Below, piece after piece: positions 1 through 11,758 of a stretch of DNA of 64,000 nucleotides. The stretch comes from Octopus vulgaris (taxonomy: Eukaryota): positions 88,908,001 to 88,972,000 of the forward strand of contig OX597823.1 of assembly GCA_951406725.2 (NCBI GenBank), given 5' to 3'. Position 1 is the stretch's first letter, and the number at the start of each line of letters is the position of its first letter. The notes beneath the pieces were generated by a model, which was not told the DNA's origin, did not search any database, and saw only the letters and a list, made by a program, of their open reading frames with translations. The translations under genes and the position numbers were made by a program.

Positions 1-699
1 GTATGTACATATATGTATGTATATATGCGTATATTTATATATTATTTATATTTTTATATGATTGAACACCACGCATTCTTTTCCAAGTAAGTTTTATCTT
101 AATTATATACTATCCCATTCCTGTCTATCTTTCTCCGTCTCTTGTTCTTCATCTTTTCTGGTTTTCTGTCCCACCCTTCCCTATTATTCCTCTCCTCTTC
201 ACCGTTCCCTCTCTCTCACTCCTCCTCCTCGACTCTCTCGTCGCTGACGCGTGATGAAAGAGAATCTATATTTCTGCCCATTACCTTTCTAAAGACAACA
301 CGTGCTTAGACTGTCTCCTCTCATTAGCTCATCTTAAACCGAAGAGTTTAAAGTACCAGCAATGATAAGGCTGTTGACTGGGAGAGCACAAACCTGGTTT
401 AAACAGTAAGCTTGGCAGGAAAGAAACGTGCCTTTAAGCAGTACAAAAACAACAAAAAATGAAAGGTGCAGTTATGTACAGGTTGACGGAAGAAAAGCAG
501 AAAGAAAACGGTTTTATTGATCTCTTTCTCACCTGGAATAGATTTTTGTAATTTTTTGACGACTTATACACGCCCTGATACCGTCGGTATCGACATATCA
601 ACTTTGAGCGCAATCAGATGGAGGATGTCCGAGATCCGAGAAGACACACACACACCACACACACAGAACAGATTTTATATAATAGATAAAGGGAGTTGT

Positions 700-1560
700 T
701 CGGGCAAAATTTGACAGTTTGCAGAAAAAGAAAACGAAATCACAATCACAAATCGAAACATTAAATATTCTACAAAAGTCAAAAGGTATCACGCATATTA
801 TGGCTGGGAGATAACAGTTTACTATTAGCAGCTTCCACAACCGCCTCAAAGCTGCTCCGGAACCGGATGCATGCATCTGTCACTGTGTCCCTAGAAAGAT
901 CCTCGAACACCATCTTCATATTGACCACCGGCTCAGCCTTGGTGTTGAGGCAACTCCCTTAGTGCCCTCAACTTTACCCCACATTTAGTAATACGCGGAA
1001 ATTCCATCGTTAGATTTAGGAGGTCAGTGATGTAGAAATTCTTCGACAACAAATTCTGGCTCTTTCTGGATGTATGGCAAGGATCCAAATCCACTGCCAA
1101 ATATATGGCCTTCTAGTATCGACTCTCTGCAAACAGGGATTGACGACAATCTCCAGTAGCTTCAGATAGACATTTGAATTGAGTCTAAGGCACTGTCCAA
1201 CGATATGGGATGAATTCGGCGTGTGGTCGCAGTCAGAATACCTGCTGCACCTCTTTCTGCAGCTACGGACTCATTGTGTCCGCTGCAGTTGTCCACTTCA
1301 CTTCTTCCAGAGTTTATAGTTTTCAGTGCATTGAGCAGAAGTCATGATGTCGTATTTTAATACCAGGCGCGAATCAACATAATACATGAAATATTTTTCT
1401 TGCTTTCAGATAGCTTCCTATCCTACATGTCAGCTAATATTTTCTCAACAACTTTCATCTGTATGCTTTCCAACAGCGTTGGATGTTCACAAATACATCG
1501 ATTTGTTCTCGAAAACAAAAGTAAGAGACAAAATCGTAAAATTTATACCAAACAACCTTT
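700..1560 (-). mobile_element. Decayed Tc1/mariner-superfamily transposon (maT/DD37D-like) remnant
   Basis: Minus-strand frameshifted pieces read GLRLNSNVYLKLLEIVVNP..RPYIWQ..PCHTSRKSQNLLSKNFY and DACIRFRSSFEAVVEAANS. These resemble the QQDxAPxHTS and ACxxFRxRLEAVVxAxG segments of this transposase group. Ends not resolved. Confidence 0.7.
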
Positions 1561-1622
1561 ATATTTAAAACATATGTGTGTGTATGTATACGTGTGTGTG
1601 TGTGTACGTATTTATTTATATA

Positions 1623-1775
1623 TACGACTGGATTCTTTCAGTTTGCGCCTATCAAATTTACTCTCAAGGCTTTGGTCAGCTCGGAGCTCTACTAGGAGGC
1701 ACTTGCCCAATATGCCAATCAGCGGTGCTGAAACCAGAACCATGTGGTTAGCAAACAAACATCCTACCACACATG
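1623..1775 (-). mobile_element. SINE family 1, 5' half, diverged
   Basis: Reverse complement matches the 5' part of the full copy at 59054-59452 (gtggtag..aaccacatggttc..ttgggcaagtg..gaccaaagccttg..aactgaaagaa). Confidence 0.8.
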
Positions 1776-2548
1776 GAAAACCTCCTACCACATGTATATA
1801 TTATATCTATAATTATACATTCATATATATGACTCCATATAAATATAAATTCTTTAATCAAACCAGATTGATGGACTACTAAGGGGTGTCGAGTTATGAA
1901 CGTTGAATCATTTACCATTACGAAGCTGATCGGATCTGTTTATAATCTTGCTTATATTTTAATAAATAGCCTTCACTATTACACTTTAGTACCATACAAA
2001 GAGGAACTAGTTGAAACTTGATTTGCAATGTCAATAAATGCAACATAATTTAATCCGAGCTACTATGATAAAACATTGGCATATAATTTTATTAGACTGA
2101 GTATATAATAATTAAACATTTGGAGGCGAGTATGTGTACATATTAATGTTTTTATAGATCTTCAGCACGTGTTCACCAGGAAATGTCTTGAAGCCATAAT
2201 GATTGTTAAGACTGTAGTTTGACAGCTGAAGTCTACCAGTGGATGTTTAATCAATTTATAACTAGATTAAATAAATATTGGTTGGTCTGTGTCACTCCCC
2301 AGTGGGTATTTCAGCTTTGGAATGTCTGAGAAATTACCTCGAAGTGTAAACAGCATTAATGCCTGCTATAAATATTATTACACACACATCTGTGTGTGTA
2401 TGTGCGTGTGTTGCGTGCATGCGTGTGTATGTGTGTGTGTATTAACAACGGTTCCTTAGCATGGCCGCGGCTCTCGGGTGATACTAGTAAAGTAAAATTA
2501 TATAACGGTGCCTCTCTCTCCTTCTCTCTCTTTCTGTATACATATTAC

Positions 2549-2900
2549 GACACTCTGTTGGTTACAATGACGAAGGTTCCAGTTGGTCCGATCAACCGAA
2601 CAGCCTGCTCATGAAATTAACGTGCAAGTTGCTGAACACTCCACAGACACGTGTACCATTAACGTAGTTCTCGCGGAGATTCAACGTGACACAGGGTGTG
2701 ACAATGCTGGCCCTTTGAAATACAGTTACAATAGAAACAAGAAGAAAGAGTAAGAGAAAGTTGCGGTGAAAGAGTACAGCAGGGTGGAGGTTTAGGTGTT
2801 TTTGCTCAATAAACACTCAAAAGGCCCAGTCTAGGAATCGAAACCTCGATCCTACGACCGCGAAACCGCTGCCCAAACCTCTGGGCCATTGTACGTCCAC
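2549..2900 (-). mobile_element. tRNA-type SINE family 3, near full length
   Basis: Minus strand has an A-box-like tggcccagaggtttgg and a B-box-like ggtttcgattcc. The 3' body (aaagggccagc..tgtgtcacg..gatcgga.caact.gaacc..gtc) is shared with 7841-8130 and 22180-22376. Confidence 0.8.
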
Positions 2901-2909
2901 TATATATAA

Positions 2910-3260
2910 TAAAATTCAAGAGTTGTTCCCTTTTCAAAATAAATGCAGATATGAAGTGCAAAACGCAAAACCTCATATACTGCATTACCTGCCCAAACTG
3001 CAAAGAAAATTACATTGGCGGAACAAATAATTCCCTCTGCCAACGTGCAATAATCCGCAGGCAACATATCCGACAAGAAAGATTACACAAAATTCCATTA
3101 AGTAAGCATCTGGAAATATGCAGTGTCCGAAAATTCAAAATTATTCCCTTATACAAATCTGCACGGAACGATCCGTAATACCGGAAAGCAATGGAACTAC
3201 ATTTCATAAAAAAAATTCTCTCCAAAATTGAATGTTTGAAAGAAAAGCAGAGCCAGTACA
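2910..3260 (+). pseudogene. Penelope-like retroelement GIY-YIG endonuclease remnant
   Basis: ORF 2951-3178 reads CKTQNLIYCITCPNCKENYIGGTNNSLCQR..H..IPLSKHLEIC. This has the IY..CxxC..YIGxT..L..R...H pattern of PLE GIY-YIG domains. There is a premature stop and no RT upstream. Confidence 0.85.
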
Positions 3261-3386
3261 TTTTGTGATTGTTCTACTATTGTTCTCTAACGCAAAATCA
3301 TGGAATTGCAAGAGGAGTGATCCAAGTTACACAGTATAAACATGACCTGTTCCCAACCACACACACACGCACACATATACACACAT

Positions 3387-3421
<35 letters not shown>

Positions 3422-3834
3422 ATCTAATAGATCTCAAACTCCAAACAAACATACTTAATGGCTGTCCACTCGCGAGCGACGAAGATCGTCATTAAGAACA
3501 TTGGGTATGCGACAAATTTACACTTTACACGTATGTGTCTGCTTGTGAATAATAATAACAACCCTTCATAAAAGCACGCGTCCGCAGACATCCCAGACCA
3601 AGCATCCCCCGTTCCCTATACCAGCGGTTCGTTTTTTAACAGCTCGCTTAAATTCTGCATGAAACATACAGACATGCACGCATACACATACACACACATA
3701 TACATACATACATACATACATACATACATACATACATACATACATACATACATACATACATGCATACATACATGCTTACATTTAAACATACATTTATAGC
3801 TTAACCGTTATATGTTGCAAAACGATTACAAAGT

Positions 3835-3999
3835 CATGTTTCTATTCTCAGACCGGGTGTTTCGTTGTGTTCTTAAGCAAAAAACTCATTTCACGTTACT
3901 ATGCGATCACTTTGTCATCTGACATGTGGCATACATTGTACATGTACAGGTAATGTCGATTTGATGGAGGGAGTGAGCTTATGTGTACATAGATAGTTA

Positions 4000-4003
<4 letters not shown>
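3835..4003 (+). mobile_element. Diverged SINE-like fragment
   Basis: Contains tattctcagaccgggtg..ttgtgttcttaagcaaaaaactcatttcac, which resembles the post-B-box region of family 3 heads, followed by a different body and (TA)n. Confidence 0.45.
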
Positions 4004-4035
<32 letters not shown>

Positions 4036-4288
4036 TACGTAGAGTTACAGGAGAGTTAACGGTTGTAGTAACCGACTAAAAGATAAAAATATCCGTATTT
4101 ACAGTTGGTATGAGTTACCTGGGCTTGGATATACAGGCACACTATGCTCGTAGGGTACAAGTAACAACAGAATAAACAAAGGTATATCAGCAATCAAATT
4201 TTAATAATCAGAAAATAGAGAAGACTTTTGATCAACAACCAAACAAATTGGACCACGTCTGTAGATGTCATACAAAATATAACATAAC

Positions 4289-4384
4289 ATTTCTTACGGC
4301 CGTTTCCGCTTCCAATGCCAGTCGCTGCTATTCGTCATCTTCATAGGCCATTCGATCTAGTACCAGGAGTTTCATCAGAGTGAA
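4289..4384 (-). ncRNA. Type I hammerhead-like motif with long stem II (degenerate)
   Basis: Minus strand reads CTGATGA, about 70 nt, then GAAACGGCCGTA. Stem III is the palindrome ACGGCCGT with a GUA triplet. Stem I pairs only partly. Confidence 0.55.
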
Positions 4385-4419
4385 TACAAATGCGTACACA
4401 CGCATATACATACATAGAT

Positions 4420-4580
4420 ACTTTTCCTTATCGCCGGACGTTTTCTGTCTCCTCTTTCTGACGAAGTACTATGTTTAAAACCTCACGCCCTCTCTTTTTT
4501 CCATCTTAAACTGAGCGTCAACCTAATACATTCATTGTGATTTTTGTTGTTTATGCTTTTATTTTTGATTTGCCTAAACG
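4420..4580 (+). mobile_element. Degraded copy of HHR element family B
   Basis: Contains tttCTGACGAAG..aaaac followed by ctgagcgtc..taatac, as in 22675-22868. The GAAA motif is mutated. Confidence 0.5.
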
Positions 4581-5539
4581 CATACAAGAAGTTGACAGGG
4601 TGGGGTTAGGTGAAAGCGAGTGAAATAGAGAAGAGAGGAAGAGAAGAGGTCTATAAATACATTAATATTTAACGACATATAGTTTGCTGTTCTGACTACA
4701 CTAACAGAATAATCTAAAACGTATATTTATGTAACTCAGTTGTTGAAAATATCTTAAAGATATAGAGACAATATAAAAAAAGATGAAGGACGTTTTTGTG
4801 GTTAAGCACCAACAACGTATCTGAAGCGAGGTGAAGTTATTTATTTATACTAATAATATAACGTTTATAACGAGATATTATTATTCAAAGTCTTTAGAAA
4901 ATAATGAAAGCGTTTAATGTATAACTGATTTAAGATAACCTGAAGGCTAGAAAATATAGAATAATATAGATAAAATACATTAACCGTAGAATAGAAATTT
5001 TCTTGAAATTGTGAATAAATAAAACGTTATTTATGATGAGGTTAAATTAAATGTTTGTTGTTAGGTGGTTTTAAAGATAGCAACGCGTTAATGATGTGTA
5101 AGTTGTAAAAGATGAAGATAATAAAATAGCGTTGATTCCATAAAGTAAGTTAAAGTGAATCGAGTTTCGATAAAAGGTGAAGCCATGACAAATTCTTATA
5201 CGTTTCTGTAGGAGAGGTAGATGCGAGAATACGATCGAGTTGTTAGAAACGTAGACAAAGCATTGTAAACATTGAGAGTAAGTTTAACCTCAGACAAAGC
5301 TACAGATGCAAAATGTTGTGCTATAAACAAAATTATAATTGAAGCAAAGTTCATACATATATGAAAACACGAAAATACGATCGACTTTTAAAATAACAAA
5401 TTGCTTTTTTTTCTTCTTTTTTCTACTTCTTTTTTCCCAATAGGCGGGTTTATGAAATAGTGTGTATAACAATAAGATAATTTTTATACGCTTCAACGAG
5501 GTTCAATAAACTAACATTGTTAAATTTTTACGTCATATA

Positions 5540-5721
5540 TACACACACACACATTTGTGCACACATGTATGCATACAGGCATGCATACGCACATACATGC
5601 ATACTTGCATAGATACATACATACATACTTACATACATACATACAGACATACATACATATATACATATATACATGCTTGCATACATACATACATACATGC
5701 ATGCGTGCTTGCATACATACA

Positions 5722-5755
<34 letters not shown>

Positions 5756-5781
5756 CATACATACATACATACATACATACA

Positions 5782-5812
<31 letters not shown>
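5540..5812. repeat. (ACAT)n compound microsatellite
   Basis: Read directly. Similar arrays lie at about 3690-3775, 6670-6830, 7090-7176, 23768-23840, 29800-29960 and 60880-61000. Confidence 0.95.
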
Positions 5813-5814
<2 letters not shown>

Positions 5815-6775
5815 GGTGATTGCTCCATCTTCACAATTAATTGTCATCTCTTTATACTTTCTCTTTTCCAGTAACATTTCTGATTTACCAGACAGATTTA
5901 CCTCAAATGCATATATAGTCCCGTTACATATTTGCATGGGTTGAAGCATAGGTGATAGGCGGAAGTTGTAACTTAGGGGTCGCTTCCATCTGTACATCAT
6001 TGGATAATAGTGACAAAAGCTTGTATGACATGAATACCACTCTCTCCGTGATTAGTCCCTAGTGGCAAACCGAAGCATGATGACCAGTAATCTCAAGAAA
6101 CAACAGGTTTACGGCAGTTTTCTTCACCCAGGTGTATCAGAGGACAAAAGTTAGAGGTCCCTCAATTTCGGGAGTTTCATTACATTTCCTGACAGTAACC
6201 CAGGGTATTTCTGCATCCCTGCGCTCAGATGGATTGTCATCACATATGCTAATAAACACATAGTTGAGAGTCTGACAACTCCTCCGAGTCAGAACTGACC
6301 TTGAAAGAATAGGGGCTAAGTGGTTCCAGAGTCCTCAAAACACTGGAAGTCCTAAACCAGAGCTATCATGTCCACTACCTAGGAGATGCATATATGCACA
6401 CATACATACATGCATACAAATATACATAGATACATACATACAGAGGTTTGTCTTTTAATTATATATTCACATATCTAGATATGTGACTATATGCAAGAGA
6501 GTACATACATAAAACAAAACATACAAATCTGCACATGCACTGGATCCAAATACTGCACATATACACATATGCATGCAAGAATACCTGTTGATGCTATTGA
6601 AATTCCAATGAAGCAGCTTTATATCTTGGTTACAAACCGGCTCCTGTATTGGCAAGAAATCTGAATAATGACATACATACGTAAATACATATATAGACAC
6701 ACATACATGCATACATACATATACACATACATGCGTGCATACGTACATACATACATACATACATACATACATACA

Positions 6776-6809
<34 letters not shown>

Positions 6810-7579
6810 CATACATAAATACTTACATGCATACAGACAGACAGACAGATAGACAGATAGACAAACAGAGGTCTACAGAAAAGGAAATCATTCAGCTAAC
6901 ATACTGATTGCAAATGCTATCTGCGAGCGGGAGAGTAAAATATTTCAAGATTTTACTGAAGATCAAAATGTTAATTTATTTTTGATACCTTATATTTCAA
7001 CGTTGGAATTTTGTGTCGTGTGATAGAGACCAGCATCTTCTTTAGAAAAATTCTTCAAATGATTAGAAATAGTAGAGAACATACATAACAACATACATAC
7101 GTACGTACATACATACATACATACATACATACATACATACATACATACATACATACATACATACATACATACATACGTAATGGTTACGGAGAGGGAAGAG
7201 AAATGATACACAATAGAAGAAATGGTTAGCGCTGCTGATGTCAACATAAAGCTGAGGAGCAGTGAAAAAGTTATCACCTGACGCTGAGCTATTACGAAAT
7301 TTACAGATACTTCACTCGGATCAGACTTTCAGATTCATACTCGTAATTATAAGATCACTTAGATATGTGACCAACTACCTCAAACCAATCTTCAGAATTT
7401 AGGTTTCTCAAAACCAGAAAGCAGAAAGCTAATCAGAGACTACAGATACTAGACATCAATTGAACTGTCAATGCATGTAAATCTTTCCAAAATTTAGTAT
7501 CTCAGTACATATGCGCATACCTGGACATACAACTATACGTAAGAGTATACATACATAAAACCAAATACACAGAGTTGTG

Positions 7580-7858
7580 CAATTACGCTCTTAGTGCTGC
7601 TGAAATTAACAAGTCATGGACCTAGGCTCGAAACCGGCTCTTCCTCCATGGGAAAGAAGTCTGAGAACAAAATTAAATATCGTTCATATGCTGCTAGCAC
7701 GCCGTCACTTACACAGACACATGCTCAATTACGCTCTTAGTGCTGCTGAAGTTAACAAGTCATGGACCTAGGCTTGAAACCGTCTCTTCCTCCATGGGAA
7801 AGAAGTCTGTGAACAAAACTAAATATCGTTCATATGCTGCTAGCACTCCGTCACTTAC
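7580..7858. repeat. Tandem duplication, 146-bp period, two near-identical copies
   Basis: caattacgctcttagtgctgctgaa...ccgtcacttac occurs at 7580-7712 and 7726-7858 with only a handful of differences. Confidence 0.92.
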
Positions 7859-8130
7859 GACGATAATGGTTCTAGTTGATCCGATCAAAGAAAGAGCATG
7901 CAAGTGAAATTTAGATGCAAGTGGTTGAGTTCTGTACAGACGTTCTCGTAATGTAATTCTCAGGCAAATTTAGTGTGACGCAGAATGTGACAAGGCTGAC
8001 CCTTTCAATTACAGGTACAGCTCTTTTTTGCCAGCTGAGTAAACTAACGCACACATTGCACCGCCGGAAATCGACCCCATGACATTTCGATCGTGAAACG
8101 AATGCCCTTACCACTAAGCTACGTACCTTC
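7841..8130 (-). mobile_element. tRNA-type SINE (family 3 body, different head)
   Basis: Minus-strand A box tagcttagtggtaagg and B-box-like ggtcgatttcc. The 3' body aligns with 2549-2730. Confidence 0.75.
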
Positions 8131-8406
8131 ACAATATTCATATACATATATATCTGTGTGTATGCGCTATTGAGTATGCATGTCTGTACGAGTGAGTGTG
8201 TTGCAGAATTCAAGCTGGTCACTAACGAAGTGGCAAGGCTCTTTTATTTAAGCAACTCTTGAGGCTTGGGGTTAACTGAATTTGTTTATACATGTATATA
8301 TATCTAATGTAAGGATAAATTTTTTTTCCAAAAAAAATATTTTTTCGAAAAAAATTTTATTAATGGCCAGCATATTAAAAGATACTTTTAACGGTTAAAT
8401 TTATAA

Positions 8407-8883
8407 ACAATTCATAAATGAGGGCAAAGGAAATTTCTAAAAAATTCCATTATTACCATATCGGACCGATTTCAGAGTTAGCTACTAAGAGCCCTCTCTT
8501 TGTCAGTGATACATGTGGCAAAAGAAATAAATGAGATACTTACTCATACCCATGGAAGAAGCAATCACTAAGTCATGAGCACAACTAAGTACCCCAAATA
8601 CATCCAAAATAGAAATACTCCAACCCATTCGAGACACGCGCGATTTGAACAGAAGCTCCCACAGAGTGTGATAGTTCGGAAGTGAACGCTTAAATTTTAT
8701 CAATTTCAGCTAACTCTGAAATCGGTCCGATATGGTAATAATGGAATTTCTTAGAAATTTCTGTCGACTATTTTCGAGTAGCGTGCGTATTGTGAATTAT
8801 ATGGTTAATGGACAATATGTCCAATTTTTCGGCATATTCGGATATTTGGCATTAGAATTTTTTTCCTTTGCCCTCATTTATGA

Positions 8884-8888
<5 letters not shown>
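8407..8888. mobile_element. Inverted-pair element carrying a degenerate HHR (family D)
   Basis: 8407-8483 is the reverse complement of 8708-8761 plus 8852-8887. Minus strand 8456-8514 reads tatca CTGACAA agag..ctct GAAATCGGTC cgata. Confidence 0.7.
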
Positions 8889-8954
<66 letters not shown>

Positions 8955-8959
8955 GTATG

Positions 8960-8993
<34 letters not shown>

Positions 8994-9039
8994 TGTATGT
9001 ATGTATGTATGTATGTACGTATGTATGTATGTATGTATG

Positions 9040-9104
<65 letters not shown>

Positions 9105-9150
9105 GTATATATATATATGTATGTATATGTATACATATATATATGTGTGT
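8888..9150. repeat. (TA)n/(ATGT)n compound microsatellite
   Basis: Read directly. Confidence 0.95.
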
Positions 9151-9836
9151 GTATGTGAGTGTTAGATTAGTACACATGAGTGCGTGTACGTTTGTATGTA
9201 CTCCACATATACATGTGATTTTATTCATATGTTCAGCCAGGGACCTCACATTGCGAATCCCGGAAAACTCTTACTGATTGTCATTGTACCTCTATAACCC
9301 GAGTGTTTATTACGTTCGTAGCAAAGAAAATAAATACGATATATATGAAGTTTGTGGAATTGTGAAACCTTCAATCACAGTGAAGGAAACTAATTGTAAT
9401 AATTTTTATCGCTATTAATAATTTATCTAAGTTTATCATGACTGGTAACAACTTCTGTGCCTCCACCATTTCATTATCATCATTACCACCATTATCCTCC
9501 TTTTCCTCCTCCTCCACGTTGTCCTCCTGCTGCTCCTCATCATCATCGTCATTGCCATCATCATTTTAAACATCATCATTACCGTCACAGTATCCTTTTT
9601 CTATGTGATTTGCTTGTCTTTTCCCTATCTCTTGACCATAACCATCTACATTGGTTAATTTATTGGTTGATTGCGTTCCCATTTTTCAAACGACACGAGA
9701 AATTACATGAGAAATGTAGAACTGAAGAGTTTTCTGAGTACCAAAGTTATCTACTGTCCATTTCTCCAGCTATCAATGTAGCTAAATAGCTAGTTATCTG
9801 TCTATCTATCTATCTGTCTATCTATCTATCTATCTG

Positions 9837-9872
<36 letters not shown>

Positions 9873-9943
9873 CCTATCTATCTATCTATCTATCTTTCAA
9901 TCGATCGATCGATCAATCTATCTATCTATGATTATTATTATTA

Positions 9944-10145
9944 GGCGATGAACTGGCAGAATCGTTAGCGCACAGGGCGAAATGCTTAGCGGCACTTCGT
10001 CCGTCTGTACATTCTGAGTTCATATTCCACCGATGTCGACTTTCCTGTCATTCTTTCGGGGGTTGATAAAACAAGTACCAGTTGAGCACAGTGATCGATT
10101 TAATCGACTTACTCCCTTACATGAAATTACTGGCCTTAAAACCAT
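9944..10145 (+). mobile_element. tRNA-type SINE family 2
   Basis: A box tggcagaatcgttag and B-box-like gagttcatattcc, then tttcggggttgataaaacaagtaccag (resembles the Nin-type SINE core, from recall) and an (ATT/ATC)n tail. Confidence 0.8.
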
Positions 10146-10232
10146 TATCATCATCGTCATCGTTATTATTTTCTGTAATCACAAGTTTTGTTGGAGCTTC
10201 TGGAGTCTTGCATACGTAGTGGGCTTACTACC

Positions 10233-10297
<65 letters not shown>

Positions 10298-10835
10298 GAG
10301 TGAGAGAGTAGCGCATGCCATCAAAGTGACACTATACGAAGCCCAGTATACTCATCATGACTACCCGTTTAATAAGGGGACGCCAGGCACATGCATCACA
10401 ACCAAATGTGCAATACATGGTGATCTCATATCAAGATAAACAGCGCATGGCATTGCGAGTGACCCTCAGTTAAAATTTTCTTTGGCATGAGTAGGCCATC
10501 CAGCTCAAATTCTCCTTAAATAAGGGTTGCTTAAGGATGTTGAACGAACACCCAATTTTCCAGAGGTGAATTATTCAAACTCCAAAGAATCCCTCTCAAC
10601 ACATGGCTATGATGCTCCCTCACTACTTCTGCTCGTGATCAGAGATGCACATATCGTCAGCCTCTAAGGGACATGCACAACTGGTTAAGGCCAAACAACT
10701 GACAATCAAATCTGTGGTATTGAGCAGAATATTTGCTGTAGCCTATTTTTTATACCAAAACGATATATATATATGATAACAATTCCAATCGGTTAAGATT
10801 AGAAGTCATGAGAGTCAATGCCTGGTACTACATCA
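10233..10835 (-). mobile_element. Retroposed interspersed repeat of unknown class with a (TAA)n tail
   Basis: A non-coding body of about 530 bp ends on the minus strand in ctctctcactcaataataat, with the (TAT)n array at 10233-10297 as the tail. Recalled as a common octopus repeat; not verified. Confidence 0.5.
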
Positions 10836-11307
10836 TCATCATCATCATCATCATTATTATTATTATAATTAGAATGTATTTCTTTGTCGATGACTGGGAA
10901 AGCAATTGCAAATGACTACTGCTAAGATAATCTAATTGAAATCATCCCCAGAATTCCAAATAAAACATAGGCTGAAATATATTCCCAACAAATTCCCTTG
11001 GGCCACGGGGAAACAGTGCTTATCACTATAATTATGATATGCACTCGTTAATTTAAAATGTAGTTAAAACTTTGCTTGCTCTGAGTTTTTTCGTCAAAAT
11101 GCTAATCGAAGGATCATTGAAAATGCTTAAGCCTCGGAATGGGTGTCTAGCAGTGACACTCCCGGTTCTACGTTCTGGGAGCAACACTTGAGATGACGCA
11201 AGTGTGAGGCTGTATCGATCTTCGTCTGGTTTTTTGCTTAGACAGCACCGATGGCGATGAGAGAATTGCGTGTAACAGCTAGTTCAAACCTGTGTATACA
11301 AAAGTAA

Positions 11308-11339
<32 letters not shown>

Positions 11340-11359
<20 letters not shown>

Positions 11360-11723
11360 CTGAAGTTGTCTGTGTATGGCAGGTTTCGTAGCCTTCAACT
11401 AACACTATCTCCTCCGAGACCCTGCAGTGCAAGTTGACCAAAATTGAGAGTATGATAGAAGAAAGGTTGCTCTTCCTTCCATAGAAGAAAAAAATTAAAT
11501 CAGACCATGTTAACACCAAAAAGCATTTACATCATAAAGGTGCTTTCTTCTATGAAAATCCTTATTCTTTACGATTTTTTGACTGCTGTGTCACCATTTT
11601 TCGGTGTATTTCAACCAGAAAAATGTTCACTTAAAGAGAATAACATGCAAAATTTTAACTTATCAAAAATTCCAATTCTAAAGGGTCGAAACAAACCCGA
11701 GCAACACCGGGCGATACTGCTAG
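11340..11723 (+). mobile_element. Non-autonomous Helitron
   Basis: 3' hairpin cccgagcaacaccggg, then CTAG (11720-11723) followed by T. The 5' end tatataattctgaagttgtctgtg lies in (TA)n. The 3' end is nearly identical to 42510-42540. Confidence 0.85.

Positions 11724-11758
<35 letters not shown>

Noticed and set aside
6990-7080. EDAGLY motif resembling an Ig-domain strand
   Set aside because: No following Cys, an immediate stop, and the ORF is built on a microsatellite.
9457-9789. His/Pro-rich 110-aa ORF
   Set aside because: Degenerate (CAT)n/(CCT)n low-complexity sequence with no domain or splice support.
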